Below, in pieces: positions 1 to 19,903 of a stretch of 64,000 nt of DNA; the stretch's first letter is position 1, and every line of letters starts with the position of its first letter. The notes beneath the pieces are model-generated. The model did no database searches. It worked only from the letters and a program-made list of their open reading frames with translations, and was not told the DNA's origin. A program made the position numbers and the translations under genes. The stretch is from Amoebidium appalachense (taxonomy: Eukaryota; Protista; Ichthyosporea): contig CAVNZM010000008.1 in assembly GCA_963693365.1 (NCBI GenBank), positions 5,480,310 to 5,544,309 of the forward strand. The letters are read 5' to 3'.

Positions 1-117
1 AGACCAAAGGGATGGTGTAGTAAGTCAGTTCGAAGAGGGGGTGGGGTGGAGTGGGGGCGGGGGTAGGGGGAGGAATGGTGGAGCCGAGAATGGTAGGAGG
101 GGTGGTTGGATACGTAC

Positions 118-1072
118 GGGGACAGTGACGACGGCGTTGGGGACGGGGTAACCGAGGTAGGCCTCAGCCGTCTCCTTCATCTTGTTCAGCACCATGGAGG
201 AGATCTCCTCGGGGGAGAAGCGCTTCTTCTCACCCATAAATTCGACCTCGATCATGGGCTTGTTGTTCACGTCAACGACGGAGAAGGGGAAATGCTTCAT
301 GTCAGACTGCACAGAGGGGTCGTTGAAGCGACGGCCGATCAGGCGCTTAGCGTCGAAAACGGTGTTCTCGGGGTTCATGGCCACCTGGAGAGGGGGAACA
401 ATCCAGTCAGAACATGGTGAGAGAGGCAAGAGCAGTGCAACCGGGGCCACACAAGCGGGGGGAAAAGACAAGGAGTAATGATTCCCTGGCTCGAACCAGA
501 AACCCCGTGGTAGCAGGAAACACAGTTACACGCGTGAAGATAAACGAGAGGCCCAACAAAAAGGGAATTGGAAAAAGCAAACCTAACTCAGATCTTCGAG
601 GTCTCTCTTAAAAGAACATTCCGAAACAAGCAGGAATCAGTCACTTTCTACAAACCCCATATCGATGAATTTCAATAGCAATAGAGTAGAAGTGAAAGCA
701 AACCAATACCCCAAAACATGCTTGGAAATAGGCAAGTGCACGTGTGCAGCTCAACAACGGACCAAAGTAAGTGCAGTGCTTACTGTGAATCTCCATGCAC
801 GATGGGGAGGAGAGAAGAAGTGTGTGTACACAGGGGGAGGAGGGCGAGAAGCACACAAAAAGAGAACACGGATACATACAGCAGGAAAGAACACACACCT
901 GGTTCTTGGCGGCATCACCAACCAGACGCTCGGTGTCAGTGAAGGCGACATAGCTGGGGGTAGTGCGGTTACCCTGGTCGTTGGCGATGATCTCCACCTT
1001 ACCGTGCTGGAACACACCCACGCAAGAGTAGGTGGTACCCAGATCGATACCCACACACGTAACCTTTGCCAT
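118..1072 (-). CDS. HSP70: Cytosolic Hsp70/Hsc70, 5' part; exons 1072-899 and 384-118, gene continues beyond window start
   Basis: Exon 1 [58 protein letters not shown]|gtgtgt splices in phase 0 to ctccag|[20 protein letters not shown]...NAVVTVP|gtacgt. IDLGTTYS signature present; no signal or transit peptide. Confidence 0.97.
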
Positions 1073-1179
1073 CTTCTCTCTCTGTCAACTAGACTGCTAA
1101 CCGAAAAGAGGAATAGGGAGACACGTTCAACAGTAGAACGCGCGAACAGGTGAAAACTGAAGCTTGTGCCGACGTGTGT

Positions 1180-1725
1180 GAGCTTTTTGTAGCCGGCGGA
1201 GCAGCGAGTCACACATGGTGTCCGGAGTTTTCCTGTTAGGTCATGTGCGAGTGCGCGGCGACACAGTTTTCTGATTGGCCCATTATTTTGGGAGTCGAGC
1301 TTTTGGCCAAATATGGCTAAGGAGATTCGGAATGGGGCCATGGATGCTTTGAAAATCGGGAAAAATATCCAGACGGGGGCAATGGAAATGCTGGGCCGCG
1401 GAGAGATGAATGTCGATCAAATACAGCTGTTAAATATAAATATAAAGAATTACGCCACGTAAAAAAGTATGCGGATATCAATTATATTATCTTATACACC
1501 TAGAAAAAAAATTGGGCATTTTTAGCAAGTTTAAATTTAATACATGCCTTGCTAACACATGTGCAATTCTACACGTGTTCCTGGAATGTTGGTTTGCCCA
1601 CCTCTGAAACTTGCGTTCGGATGTAGTGATGTTCTGGACTTGCGGCAAGCCCGCCAACCTTTGAATTCGAGCGCACTGGTTGGCTGTTCAGATTTGACGC
1701 TCAAAATCCTGATGTGATTGGCTAA
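1180..1725 (-). promoter_or_regulatory. Putative Hsp70 promoter
   Basis: TACAAAAA (TATA-like) on the minus strand at ~1183-1190, CCAAT boxes (ATTGG) at ~1274 and ~1717, degenerate HSE-like TTC/GAA pentamers at ~1564-1640. Motif matches only. Confidence 0.35.
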
Positions 1726-1854
1726 AAGTCATTCTTATGCCCCAAGCTTACGTAGACCCAACAAAAGCGCCGTTCACTTTCGCGAAAACACACTTTGTGT
1801 TCCAACTTCAAGTTTCCTTCTTTTTGTTGAAGTTCCCTAAACCGGTCCCTCTCG

Positions 1855-1918
<64 letters not shown>

Positions 1919-2802
1919 GCTGTCTTTTTATATATTTGTTTATGTAGATATGCATATGAGTCGCCGTCTGCCTCTCGGTCTTTCTGTGACTCGCCCACTC
2001 TCCCTCTCTCCCTCTTATTTTTGGTTCGAAAGACAACCCCCCTCTCTCCCCCCCCCCCCCTCCCCCCTCCCCCCCCCCCCCCCCCCCCCCCCCTCCCTTA
2101 TCCTCCTTCCCCTTTCCCTTTCTCATCTTTCCTTCGCTTGCAGCTTGAAGTTTCTTTTCGCGTCGTTACATCACAAAAGAAACGCACCTGGGACCTTGTG
2201 ATGGGACCTTGTGATGGGACCTTGTGAAGTTGGGAGCCTGTGTTTTAGGCCTTTCGGTGTTTTTCTGCTGGATAATGGAGGACAATGGTAATTTGTGATA
2301 ATGTAGGGTTGGTAAGGGGGTGAGCTAGAGATCTTGTCGCTGTTGTCGCTTTGGGAAGTTATGGTGGCTGGAAGTGTGTGTACCGAATATAGGGTTCAAC
2401 TTGGGAAAGGGGGAGCAAGGGAGGTGGAGAAGACGGCAAGAGGGGAGAGGGGGGCCGGGGGGGGGGGGGGGGGAGTTGTCACGTGCGGCATGTGCTGGTT
2501 TTGTTTTTGTTTTTCGCTCTGTTCAGGCGCTGGTGGTGGGTAGGGAGTAAGGTGGGCGAGGGGGGGGGTGGGGGGGTATGTTTGAGGGATCAGAATTCAG
2601 GGTATGGGGGGTGACGTGGGGGTGGAACGGGTTTGCAAACTTCTGCTCTCTATGGGCAGAGGAGCATCATTTTGAAGTTGCGGGAGGAGATGGAGCTTCC
2701 TAGTTACATGCCTGGTGTTGCTTGCATATGCAGGTAAGTGGTTGGGTGGGTGGGTGATGTCGGTGGTGGTCTGTGCTCCGTTGTAGGGTCTTGTGGGGGG
2801 AA

Positions 2803-2835
<33 letters not shown>

Positions 2836-5472
2836 CTGTGTGACATCGTGCCCATGGGAGTGATGTGTTCACATGATTTTGGCTGGCTCACAACGGTAGG
2901 CGGACAGGTTTTTGGTGTCTGTGGTTGAGGTGTGTATATGGTTTTTTTTTTTTTTTTTTTTTTTTGGGGGGGGGGGGGGGGGGGTTGACAGTGAATTCTC
3001 TTGAGGGGAGGACCCGAGAGGAGGGTATACACTACGGGCATGGTTGAACTGTATTCTTCTATGAACTTCTTCTGGAGGGGGGATGAGGGGGTTGGTTGTT
3101 TATGCGTGATGTGGAGGGCCGGGTGGGATGTATGTGTGTGTGGGGGGGGGGGGGGGGGGGGGCAGGTGGGCAGATGTTTTTTGTTTTGTTTTACTCTTTT
3201 GTTTTTACGGTCGGGTGTCGGTTGTTTTTGTGTTTCTTGTTGGTGTGGAGGGGAGGGGGGGAGAGATTACTTTTGGTTCTTATTGATGTGTCTGAAGGAT
3301 TGGTGAGGTTACGTTGAAAGCCTGCTGGTGTGTGTGTTGAGGGCGAGGGAGGGGGGAGTTTGTATGTATGTGTGTGGGAGGGGGGGAGGGGGTACCGTTG
3401 GTCGGTGCGGTGGTGGATGCATTGGGTGACGGCAGGGGGAGGGGGGACCCGCCAAAAAGAAAAAAAAATTTTTGGGGGGGGGGAGGGGGGAGAAGACTTA
3501 GGCTGTATGGTGTCGACGGCGGTGTTCAAATAAGTTCTCCGGGTGGTCCCACTCATTGGAGTGCCCGTGTGTGGGTGTGTGTGGGGGGGGGGGGGGGGGG
3601 GGAGGGGGTTGTCCATGGATTCAGGGGCCAAAGCAGAAGTAAGGCTTTGTGAAATATCTATCTATTCTCGGAAACACCTTGCTTCTCAATGTTGGTACAG
3701 CACTGGGTACTAAGGACCTCCTTTCCTTGAAGGTCTTGGAGCGGGGGGTTATGTTAGGCTGGTGCCGCACCTATTTGCTTTTGAATGAGGTGGGGCGCAA
3801 CTGCCAGGTGCGACTAGGGACGCGTGGTTTACCGAAATTAAGTGCCGGGATTACATCGTTGTTTCCCCCCCGGGGGGGGGGGGGGGGGGGGGCTCAGCCT
3901 GCAGGTACACGACATGCTGTGCGTGCGTGCTGGTTGAAGGAAATGAAGCAGAAATAAAACAGACAACGTGCCCTTGTGATGATCTCGACTATGATTGTGT
4001 GTGAATGTGCCTGGGGGGCGAGAGGGCGGTGGGGAAGAGGGGGGGGGGGGGAAGGTCATGCGTGAAGCTCAGTATTTTGTTATCTGCATCACTTGGGGAG
4101 GGTTCCTTCCTTCCACACCCCATTGATGTTGATTGAAGGGAGGAAGGGGGGCCCGGCCGGCCACAACGGCTTTCAGTGAGCGATGCATTTCCGGTGCCTT
4201 CTTACGACACAGGCGGAACTGGACAGGAAAGGTTTTTTTTTGTGTGTGGGGGGGGGAGAAGGGGAGAGACTAGTGCGTCAGGACCGGGGTTATTATTGGC
4301 TTACTGTACGGATGCATACCCCGTTGGAGTGTTGTGTACTGCTGGATGTAGGAGGTATCGGAGAATGGAGGGTGGCTATTGCAGCTGGAGTTATCGACGA
4401 ATGGAGGGTGACTGTTGCAGCTGTGATGTCATATGTGTGTGCACGTCTGTGTCTGTGTGTGTGTGTTTGCTTTTGCGTTTGCTTTTGCTTACATTTTTTT
4501 TTTTTTGTTGTTGTTGTTAAGGGGGGGGGGGGGGGGGGGGGGGTTGCTACGGTTTGGTGCTTTCGTCAACAAATATATGCATGTCGCAGCAATCATCATT
4601 GCATGTGTGCAAAAAGGGGCCCCGGGGCACCATTCTGCAACTGATCTTCCGATGGTATGCTGGGATATCTCCTCCCCCCCCCCCCCCCCCCCTCTCCCCC
4701 CACCCTCCGTACACTAACACCCGCACGCATGTATCCCCCCCCCCCCCCCCCCCCCCCCCTCCCCGGCTGCCATCCCACAAACACGCGTGCACAGCCCAGC
4801 CCCCAGAGCCCCCCCCCCCCCCCCCCCCCCGCGCTCACAATTTGTTTTTGTGCAATCGCTATAATAGCTTCACGCTGCATGCGGACACTGTGCGCACGTA
4901 CATATGCATATGGCATTGTGTGTGTTCAAGGCTCTGACAGCAAAGTTTTACTATGGGTATGTGAAGGGGGTGGCGGGGGGGGGGGGGGGGGGGGGGGGGG
5001 GAGAGGAGGGGGGAATCCAAGAGCTTGAGTGAGAGAAAGAAAGGAGCGGGGGGAATAGAAGGAATTAAAAATTTTACTTGCGAGAAAGAGCTCCATGCAT
5101 TGAATTTCTCGAGGAATCGATCCGAAGGGGGGCCGGGGCATGCGCAGGCGGGGGAAGGGGGGGGGGGGGGGGAGGGGGGGAGGAAGGGGGGAGGGGGAGG
5201 GAGGGGAAGGGGGCCGGCAGGGGTTAGAGAGAGAAAAGGGGATGGGGGTGGGTTGGGGGGGGGGGGGGGGGGGGAGGGGGGAGAGGGGGGGGGGGGGGGG
5301 GGGGGGGTGTTTCATGGTGTGCGTGGCGTTAGGAGGTTTGGTGTGCGAGGATGGAATAATATTTTTTTCTTTTTGAAGAGGGGAGGAGGTCGAGGGGGGG
5401 AGGGAGCAAATGGTCAAGAGAGATGACAATCCATGGCCAATCATTTGGTTTGACGATAATTCTAAGTAATTA

Positions 5473-5514
<42 letters not shown>

Positions 5515-5813
5515 GGTCGCATCGAATTCCTTGAAAAGACACCAATACAGATGAAACCGGATTCATCGGTTACTAGGTTGGAACAATACGACCATACACA
5601 TGTGTTGATGACATGATAGTGTCTGAAGTTTTTTATAAACATTGTACTAACTAGTGGTATGTAGCAGTGAATATGTGGTTTCAAATTGCGCGCCGCGACT
5701 CGCGTGTGTGCGTGTATGTTTTTCTAGATCTCAGACTCAGTGAATGGATGGGATCATTAATCATGATAATATCATAAGGCTTGTCATCCGTGTCGACGTC
5801 TGTATGTGCATGC

Positions 5814-5875
<62 letters not shown>

Positions 5876-6725
5876 CGCGCGCATGCGTCTCTCTGTGCAT
5901 ACGTATGTGCTCATTATAGTGGGTGGGTGTGTGTGTGAGGGAAACGTAGGTGGGTGGCATCTACTAGTAAACACGGTTAGGCATCCAGTATCGAATTCGA
6001 AGGTTGTTTTTACAGCTACACACTACGTAAGCTGTACAAATATAATCTTAATTTTTATTTTATTTCCATTTACTTTATGACTTAAAGTGTGTATGTACAT
6101 GTGTATGTACATGCTGGGCTGTGCTTCAGTACAACAGACACAATGTCATACACTCATTACAACTAACATCACAACTAGGGGATAACCCATTGCGCGCCAA
6201 CTTTAAAACAAAAACTTCTTGTTTTTCTGCTACCTAGGACACTTATTCAGCCATTCGACGTGGAATTTACGGTGTAGAAAAACAAAATCGAAACTTGCAT
6301 AGGCTCCAATACTGGCAACTTCTTTCCTATCGTGTGGGCAAATGTCACATTCGCAGATTATCACGATTGGTCACGGTAGTCAATTAGTTAGCTAAGTATT
6401 CTCCTCTTATATCCTCACCACGCCCACAGATTTCTAGGACTTTTCATCACGGCAATAGCTATATAATTACATATACATTTATAAGCATAACAAATACTGT
6501 AGGTAAGTCATTAGCGATCAATCCATAATAAAATCAGATCAAAAAGACTCTCCGTCCCCCCTTCCAACCCCCCCCCCCCCCCCCCCCCCCCTTCCCCCCC
6601 CTCTCCCCACCCCCCCCCCCCCCCCCCCCCCCTCTTTCTTCCTCCCCCCTCCCCCCCCAACAACCACCACCACCACCAAACAAACAAACCGAAAAAAGGT
6701 AAACACCTACAAACACTTAATTCCC

Positions 6726-13498
<6,773 letters not shown>

Positions 13499-14624
13499 CT
13501 AAATGGTAACTAGAGGGGTAACTGTTTTGATTGGATTGGCTAAATAGATTTGAATTCCTGTATTGATTCAGAGAGAATGTGTGTTTCCTTTTATGGTAAG
13601 TGGTGGAGTGATTGGATTGAACGGTTCGGAATGTTGACCGAGGCCACGGCCGGGTGGGTGCCTGTGTGTGTATGAGTGTGTGTGTGTGTGTGTGTTTGCG
13701 TGTGGTGTGCGGAGAGGGTGTTTGTTTGTGAGTGTACGCACCTGTGCATCCATGAGCCTGAGTGTGAGCGTGTGTTTAGTAACGGGTGGGAGGTAGAGAA
13801 GATATTTCATTGGGGTAGAGGGAGGGGTGGAAGGGGTTGGAGGGAGGGAGGGGGGGTAAAGGGGGTTTAAGATTATAATGAAAAAGAGGAACGTTTAAAT
13901 TGTGCAACTCGACAGGTGTCAACAGTATATAAGCCACCTTTCCATCCCCTCCTCCCCCCCCCCTTTCCCCCCCGCCCCTCCCTCCTTCCCCCCCCCCCCC
14001 TCCCCTCCCCCGGGGGCACCCCTCTTGTCACTTGTCCCTTGGATGCATTAACAATACATACTCTCTGCATTCACATTACTGTGGGCCATTTATAGAATGA
14101 GAGAACTGGTGTTTAGCCCAAGGGTAAGGGAAGGGAGGAGGAAAAGGCGTGTGTGTTAGTGTGTGTGTGGGGTGGGGTGGGGTGGGGGGGGGGGGGGGGG
14201 GGGGGGGGGGGGAGGGATGAGCGAGGGCGCCGGGGGGGGGGGGAGGGGGGGGGGGGTGAATGCCAAATTAGGAAGCCTACCAACACCTTCAAATGCATTC
14301 TCGGAATTTGGCCAATAGACCCCCGTCCACGAGCCCAACCTGCCGCCTGCCAAAAAAAGAAAGCGGTTGTGAAGCGTCATTAGGCGGGGTGTAACGGTTG
14401 GGTGGGTGGGCAAAAGGGAGAGATTTCATTGGAGGAGAACTCACGGGCACTGCGGGAAGTGAAATCATGGTTAAAAAAATGGATTTGGAGAGGGAAATTT
14501 GGGTTGGATTAGGGGTAAACGTTTAGATTTTGGAATGAAATGTTTGGAAAAATGATTTGGGTTTGGAATGGGAAAGTAGGTTTGGAGTGGAATTGGGCTT
14601 GGAAAAAAAGTAATTTGGGTGTTG

Positions 14625-14712
14625 TGGAATAGGAGAATAACTAGATTTGGAATAGGAGAATAACTAGATTTGGAATAGGAGAATAACTAGATTTGGAATA
14701 TGAGATTAGATT
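14625..14712. repeat. 23-bp tandem repeat (tggaataggagaataactagatt) x3 within a degenerate TTTGGAA array (~14480-14770)
   Basis: Three exact units followed by degenerate ones. Confidence 0.85.
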
Positions 14713-16443
14713 TGAAAAGAGTTATCAGGTTTGGAATAGGGGACATTGGGTTTGGAACAGGAAATTAGGTTCTTGACATCCCGAAACCGTAATCCAACGG
14801 GTTGAACAACGGTATCAGGCGGCGCGATAATCAAACAAGACGGGCAGTTATGTCTCACACTACCCTTGGGTTTACTAAGATCACACCAAAAACGTGCACA
14901 TAGGGAGCCCAGGGGACTCGTTTATTGACGTTTATTTAGGTACTTAACAAAGAACAAACATTTTTAAGTAAATGGAAGAAAAGGAAAGGGGGGGGGGGGG
15001 GGAGGGGGGGGTAAGAAAGGTGGAGAGAAGACCCGGAGAGACCAGCCCCCCCCCCCCTCCCCCCCCCCCCACCCGCCCACCACCACCACAGCCCCAAAAG
15101 AAGAGAAAGAGCCAAAACAAAAAGCAAGGAAAACCGAGAAAAGTATTGGATTGAACAAAACTTCAGAAGGAGCAAGTCGACATGTAAAAATCTGCTTTTG
15201 TCTCCACCCCCTCCCCCCTCCCCCCTTCCCCCCCCCCTCCCCTACCCCCCCTAATGTTCTTCTCCCGCTTCTACGTCACTAACCCCCCCCCCCCCCCCCC
15301 ACCTTCACCCCCTCCCCCCTGCCCGCGCCCCAACACACCACCACCACCACCACCGCACCTCCCTACCTTCCTACACAGTCTCTCCCACCCCCTCACTCCC
15401 CTCTCTATAGTTTGTTGCAAACATACCATTCCCTACCCTATGCTATATGAACCCATAACCTGGCACACCAACAAAACACGCAACACGGACATTCAGTCAA
15501 CAAGCTAACATAACGGACTTAACCCCTTGAGACAAAAGCCTCATATTCCACCCCCCGGTACCCCCCTCCCCCCCCCCCGTCGTCCCCTCCCCACCCCCAC
15601 CCCCTCCTTCTCTCTCCCACCGCCTAACAAAAACTACAGCTTGCATACTCTTTCCATCTAACCCTATCACCTGCAAGCGTACCTTCTCTGAAGACTGCAA
15701 AAATGAGCCCCTACCACAAACCCAACCTCCTTTTTACCTCTGAAACCCTCTCCATCCGTACCCTCTCTCCCCCTTTCCCCCCTCCCCTCCCCCTTCCTCC
15801 CTCCTACCCCCACCCCTTCCTGCACCTCCCCCCCCCTCCCCCCCACCACCACTATCAACCATTATCCCCACCCCCACCCCCTCTCCTTTGCCCGCATACC
15901 ATCTTTACCACCCATTACTCGACCATATGAACCCAGCTATCCTTACACACACTATCGGTTCAGGAATGTGTAGAAAAATGATGTGTAACACACACCTTCT
16001 AGCCCCTTTCCCCCCTACCCCTACCCACCCACCCACCTACCCCCGTTTCACTCTCTCACTGCTATCTCATGCTCTCTCGGTTGCTCTGTCTTCCGAAAGC
16101 CCCCCCCCCCCCCCCCCCCCCCCCCCTCCCCCTCCCCCCCCCCCCCCCCCTCCCCTCCCTCCGCCGCTCCACCCCCCTCCCCCCCACCCCCGTTCTTCCA
16201 TCCCCGCCTCCCCCCGTTCCTCCCCCAAGCTCCTCATGGCCTCGTTCCTCAGTTCTTCTGCACGCGCCATTTCCACGTATGCTATGTGCATCATCATGCT
16301 CTCGGGCTTCCTCCTTCAAATGTTATCATCATTGCCCAACCATACAAACACCTCCAAGTAAGAACAGACCGCTGTTTTTCTTCTCGAATTTCTAGATCAT
16401 CCTCTCTCTCCCTTCCCACCACCCACTCCCCTCCCCCCCCCCC

Positions 16444-16476
<33 letters not shown>

Positions 16477-16778
16477 GCTCTTTCTCTCCCTCCCCCCCCT
16501 TCCCCCCTCCTCTCTCTTCCCTCCCCCTTCTCCCCCCTCCCCCTCCCCCAAAACCTCCCTACTGTCTCTCCCCACGCTCCCCCCCCCCCCCCCCCCCCCC
16601 TCTTTTCACTGGTACCCTTAGCCACTCATACTCTTTGCTCGTGTAACCGTATTCCCCATTTCATCCCATTCATTCCGTCTCCCAACTCCGCACCCCGCCA
16701 AACAACCCAACTCCCCATGGAAACATCCTTTCGAACTCGCGGGGTTTCACCCCCCTCCCCCCCTTTCCCTACCCCTCC

Positions 16779-16814
<36 letters not shown>

Positions 16815-16969
16815 CCCCTTTCTCCGGTCTCTCTCCAAAGTCTCCAAAGTTGTGCACTTTGAATACGAAGGCATGCGTGAACCGCTTCGACAGTTCGACG
16901 TCAGGAGAGTGAGACTCGTTTGGGTGGGCCAGGGTGGCTCACGTTTTTTTGAATTTTTATGAATTGTAT

Positions 16970-17125
16970 TCAAGCCAATCAAACAAGAGATAAATTAGCC
17001 AATTCAAAATGCCTCCAATCAGTGAGTGCCACGGCCGTCACCAAAAAAGGTAAAAAGTGTTTTGATTGGTGCAGGAAACAATGAGTGTATCAGGAATAAT
17101 CCAAAGAGAGCCAATCAACGTGCTC
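16970..17125. promoter_or_regulatory. CCAAT-box cluster upstream of SOD2, in the divergent region
   Basis: agccaatc (~16973), agccaatt (~16997), tccaatca (~17014), gattgg (~17063), agccaatc (~17109). Confidence 0.5.
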
Positions 17126-17527
17126 CTAACTCAATGGGGGGTAACGAAAGCATAATTATCTTACATGACCGAAAATATGGAAGGTCCACTTCAGTGAAGC
17201 TCTCCGAGTTTCACTCCAGCACCTGCTGTAACTACAATACACACTACTTTTTGATTTACGGATTTTCAAAGTCTATTTCTTATTTACTCATGGGATTTTT
17301 TTTAAAAAAAATAGCTTTATTGCGTACAGTAGTGCGAGCGTTTTAACGCCCTCTGTACGAAGGTTGATAACAATTGCGGACATTTTTATTGCAATCGTAA
17401 ACTCTGCATAAACCCCTTCACAAACCAAAGAGTGAAAAACACAAAACGTGGCCCACTCCTCTCAGTTTTACTTTGTGTGCCTAGCTGTGTAGTCGTCGTT
17501 TTTTTCTCCTCTCCTTACACAATCACG

Positions 17528-19179
17528 ATGTTCGCTCTGACAGCAACACGCGCTCTGCGCAAGCAGACCCTCTCTACCGTTTCGCGCGTGCTCGCGGCCG
17601 GCGCACACACCAAGGCGAAGCTCCCGGACCTCCCCTACGACTACAATGCCTTGGAGCCCGGTAGGTGTTTCTTGTGACATGCTAGACTGGAAGGGGGATG
17701 TACGGACTTTGTTTCTTCAATCTGTGAACTTCTATCTTCCGCATGTGGATTTTGTGGGCATGTGGGTTGCTGGGGTAAAGCTCGTATGTCAACGAGTGCG
17801 AAAGGCTGTTAAACTAGCGTTTCAAATAACACATGTTACGATCCTTTAATCCCACCCGTGCTTTTGCACGGTGCAGAGATGTCAGCTGTCCCCCCCCCCC
17901 CCCCCCCCCCCCCCACACCCCCGCCGCCCCCTGTTTCCGATATCCTTTCATCCATATACACATTTCTTCTCTTGCCCCCGTCCCTATTACGCTCGTGCTC
18001 CGGCTCATGTCACCTTTGTGTCAGCAGTGCACTTTTGACCTCCCGGGTAGTGCTCGGCCTTTCTGCAGCAGACCTCCTGCACCTGCGCCATGCAGATGCT
18101 TGCCTGTCATAACCCCCCCCCCTGCCCCTCTCCCCTCCTGCTCTCACATCCTCGCCAATCTATAGGGCTTTCCCCCCCTTTCTATTTACCTTCACTGTCA
18201 CAGAGACCCAGGGTTTACCCCCCTCCCGCCGCCCCACCACGACTAGCATACAGAGTTACAGAGTTTTCAAATATAGCTATCCCCCCCCCCCCCCTCCCCC
18301 TCCTTGCAGCACACACACAAACACGCACTTGCTCACCCATACGACGTTCTTACCCCTTTTGGAACCCCCGCCCCCTTCCCCCCCCCTCCCCCCTCCTCCC
18401 CCGCCCCTTCCCCCTCCCTCCCCCCTCCCCCGGTAATCGCTTCTTACGATACATTCCCTCTGTGTGCTCGCTTTCAAACTCTGCCCTGTTGCTTGTCGTG
18501 AATGTGTACCTCGTATTATGTACTACGTCCTCCCCCCCCTCCTCTTCAACCCCCCCCCCCCCCCCCCATCCCCCCATCACCATCCCCCTGCCCCCTGCCC
18601 CCCTGGTCACGTACTTCATAACACATTCTAACCCTCCCCCCTCCCCCCGCTCTCCTTCCCCCTTCAGTGATCAGTGCGGAGATCATGACGCTGCACCACA
18701 GCAAGCACCACAATGCTTACGTCACAAACTATAATCTGGCCCTGGAGCAGCTGGACGAGGCCGTGGCCAAGAACGACCAGACGAAGATCATTGGTGGGTG
18801 AAATTTGTGAAAAAACCCTCCTTTGTTGCTAATTGTGTGTGACCGTGGGGGGTGTTGAAACCCCTCCCCCCCCCCCCCCCCCCTTAGCGAGAGTACCCCC
18901 TCCCACCACAACCACCATCACCACTCCATTTCTCACTTCTGTGCCCCCCCCCCCCCCCCCCCTCCTTCCCTGTTCCAAACCGCACATTTGTATGGGTCAG
19001 GAATGTGCGGTTTGGAATAGCTACATGTTCTGTCTGTGTCTGTTTTTACCTCATTATGCCTTTACTTTCTGCCTGGCCCCTCCCTACTTGTGCTGTTAAC
19101 TATTGTTTCGGACACACTGTCTCAATTCACGAGGCTCTCTCTCACCTCTCCCCCCTTTCTAGCTTTTATTCCCCCCCCT

Positions 19180-19210
<31 letters not shown>

Positions 19211-19872
19211 AGTTCAGTTGATGCTGCTGTCTGAGTTGGAGCGTCGTATACGTGGGCTAAGGGGTCGAAACTCAGACGCAATTGATGACTTGGGCCCTCC
19301 CTGAGGATGGGCTCTGCTTATGACGCATACTGTGCGCATGGCTGATGTTGCATACTTGAATGTTTGCCTTTGCATGTGTCCTGCACCATGCTTCTCATCG
19401 TGTATGAGTACTTCGTAATGTGTTCTGCATTCAAACCCCCCCGTCTTCTTTCAGAGGTGTCCTTTCAGGACAGACCACTGTGTGGAGACATCTTTACTTC
19501 CATGCAACCGGGCATGGTTGCTCTGTGTCGTGCATCTGTAAGCACACACGCGTTTTTCGCTGCACTGCATTAGTTTGCACACACATCTTCACCGTTTTGC
19601 TCACCTTGCTTTCATAAGCAACCCTGCTCGTCTTTGATCAAGACGGGTTGACCCACCCAAGTTCATTTGATGCTGCTGTCTGAGTTGGAGCGTCGTATAT
19701 ACGCGGGCTAAGGGGTCGAAACGCAGACGCAATTGATGACTTGGGCCCTTCCTGAGGATTGGCTCTGCTTATGACGCATACTGTGCGTATGGCTGGTGTT
19801 GCATACTTGCATGGTGCAGGCAAACATTCTTCTCATCGTGTATGCGTACTTCGTACTGTGTTCCGCATTCAC

Positions 19873-19903
<31 letters not shown>

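Noticed and set aside
19230-19315. Hammerhead ribozyme in the 453-bp element (GAAAC closing a stem on GUU; CUGAGGA nearby)
   Set aside because: CUGAGGA lies 3' of GAAA inside its own hairpin, the in-place sequence CUAAGGG breaks invariant core positions, and stem I does not close.
19443-19492. tRNA-like cloverleaf / tRNA-derived SINE head in the element
   Set aside because: Too short, with no T-loop GTTCRA or A/B boxes.
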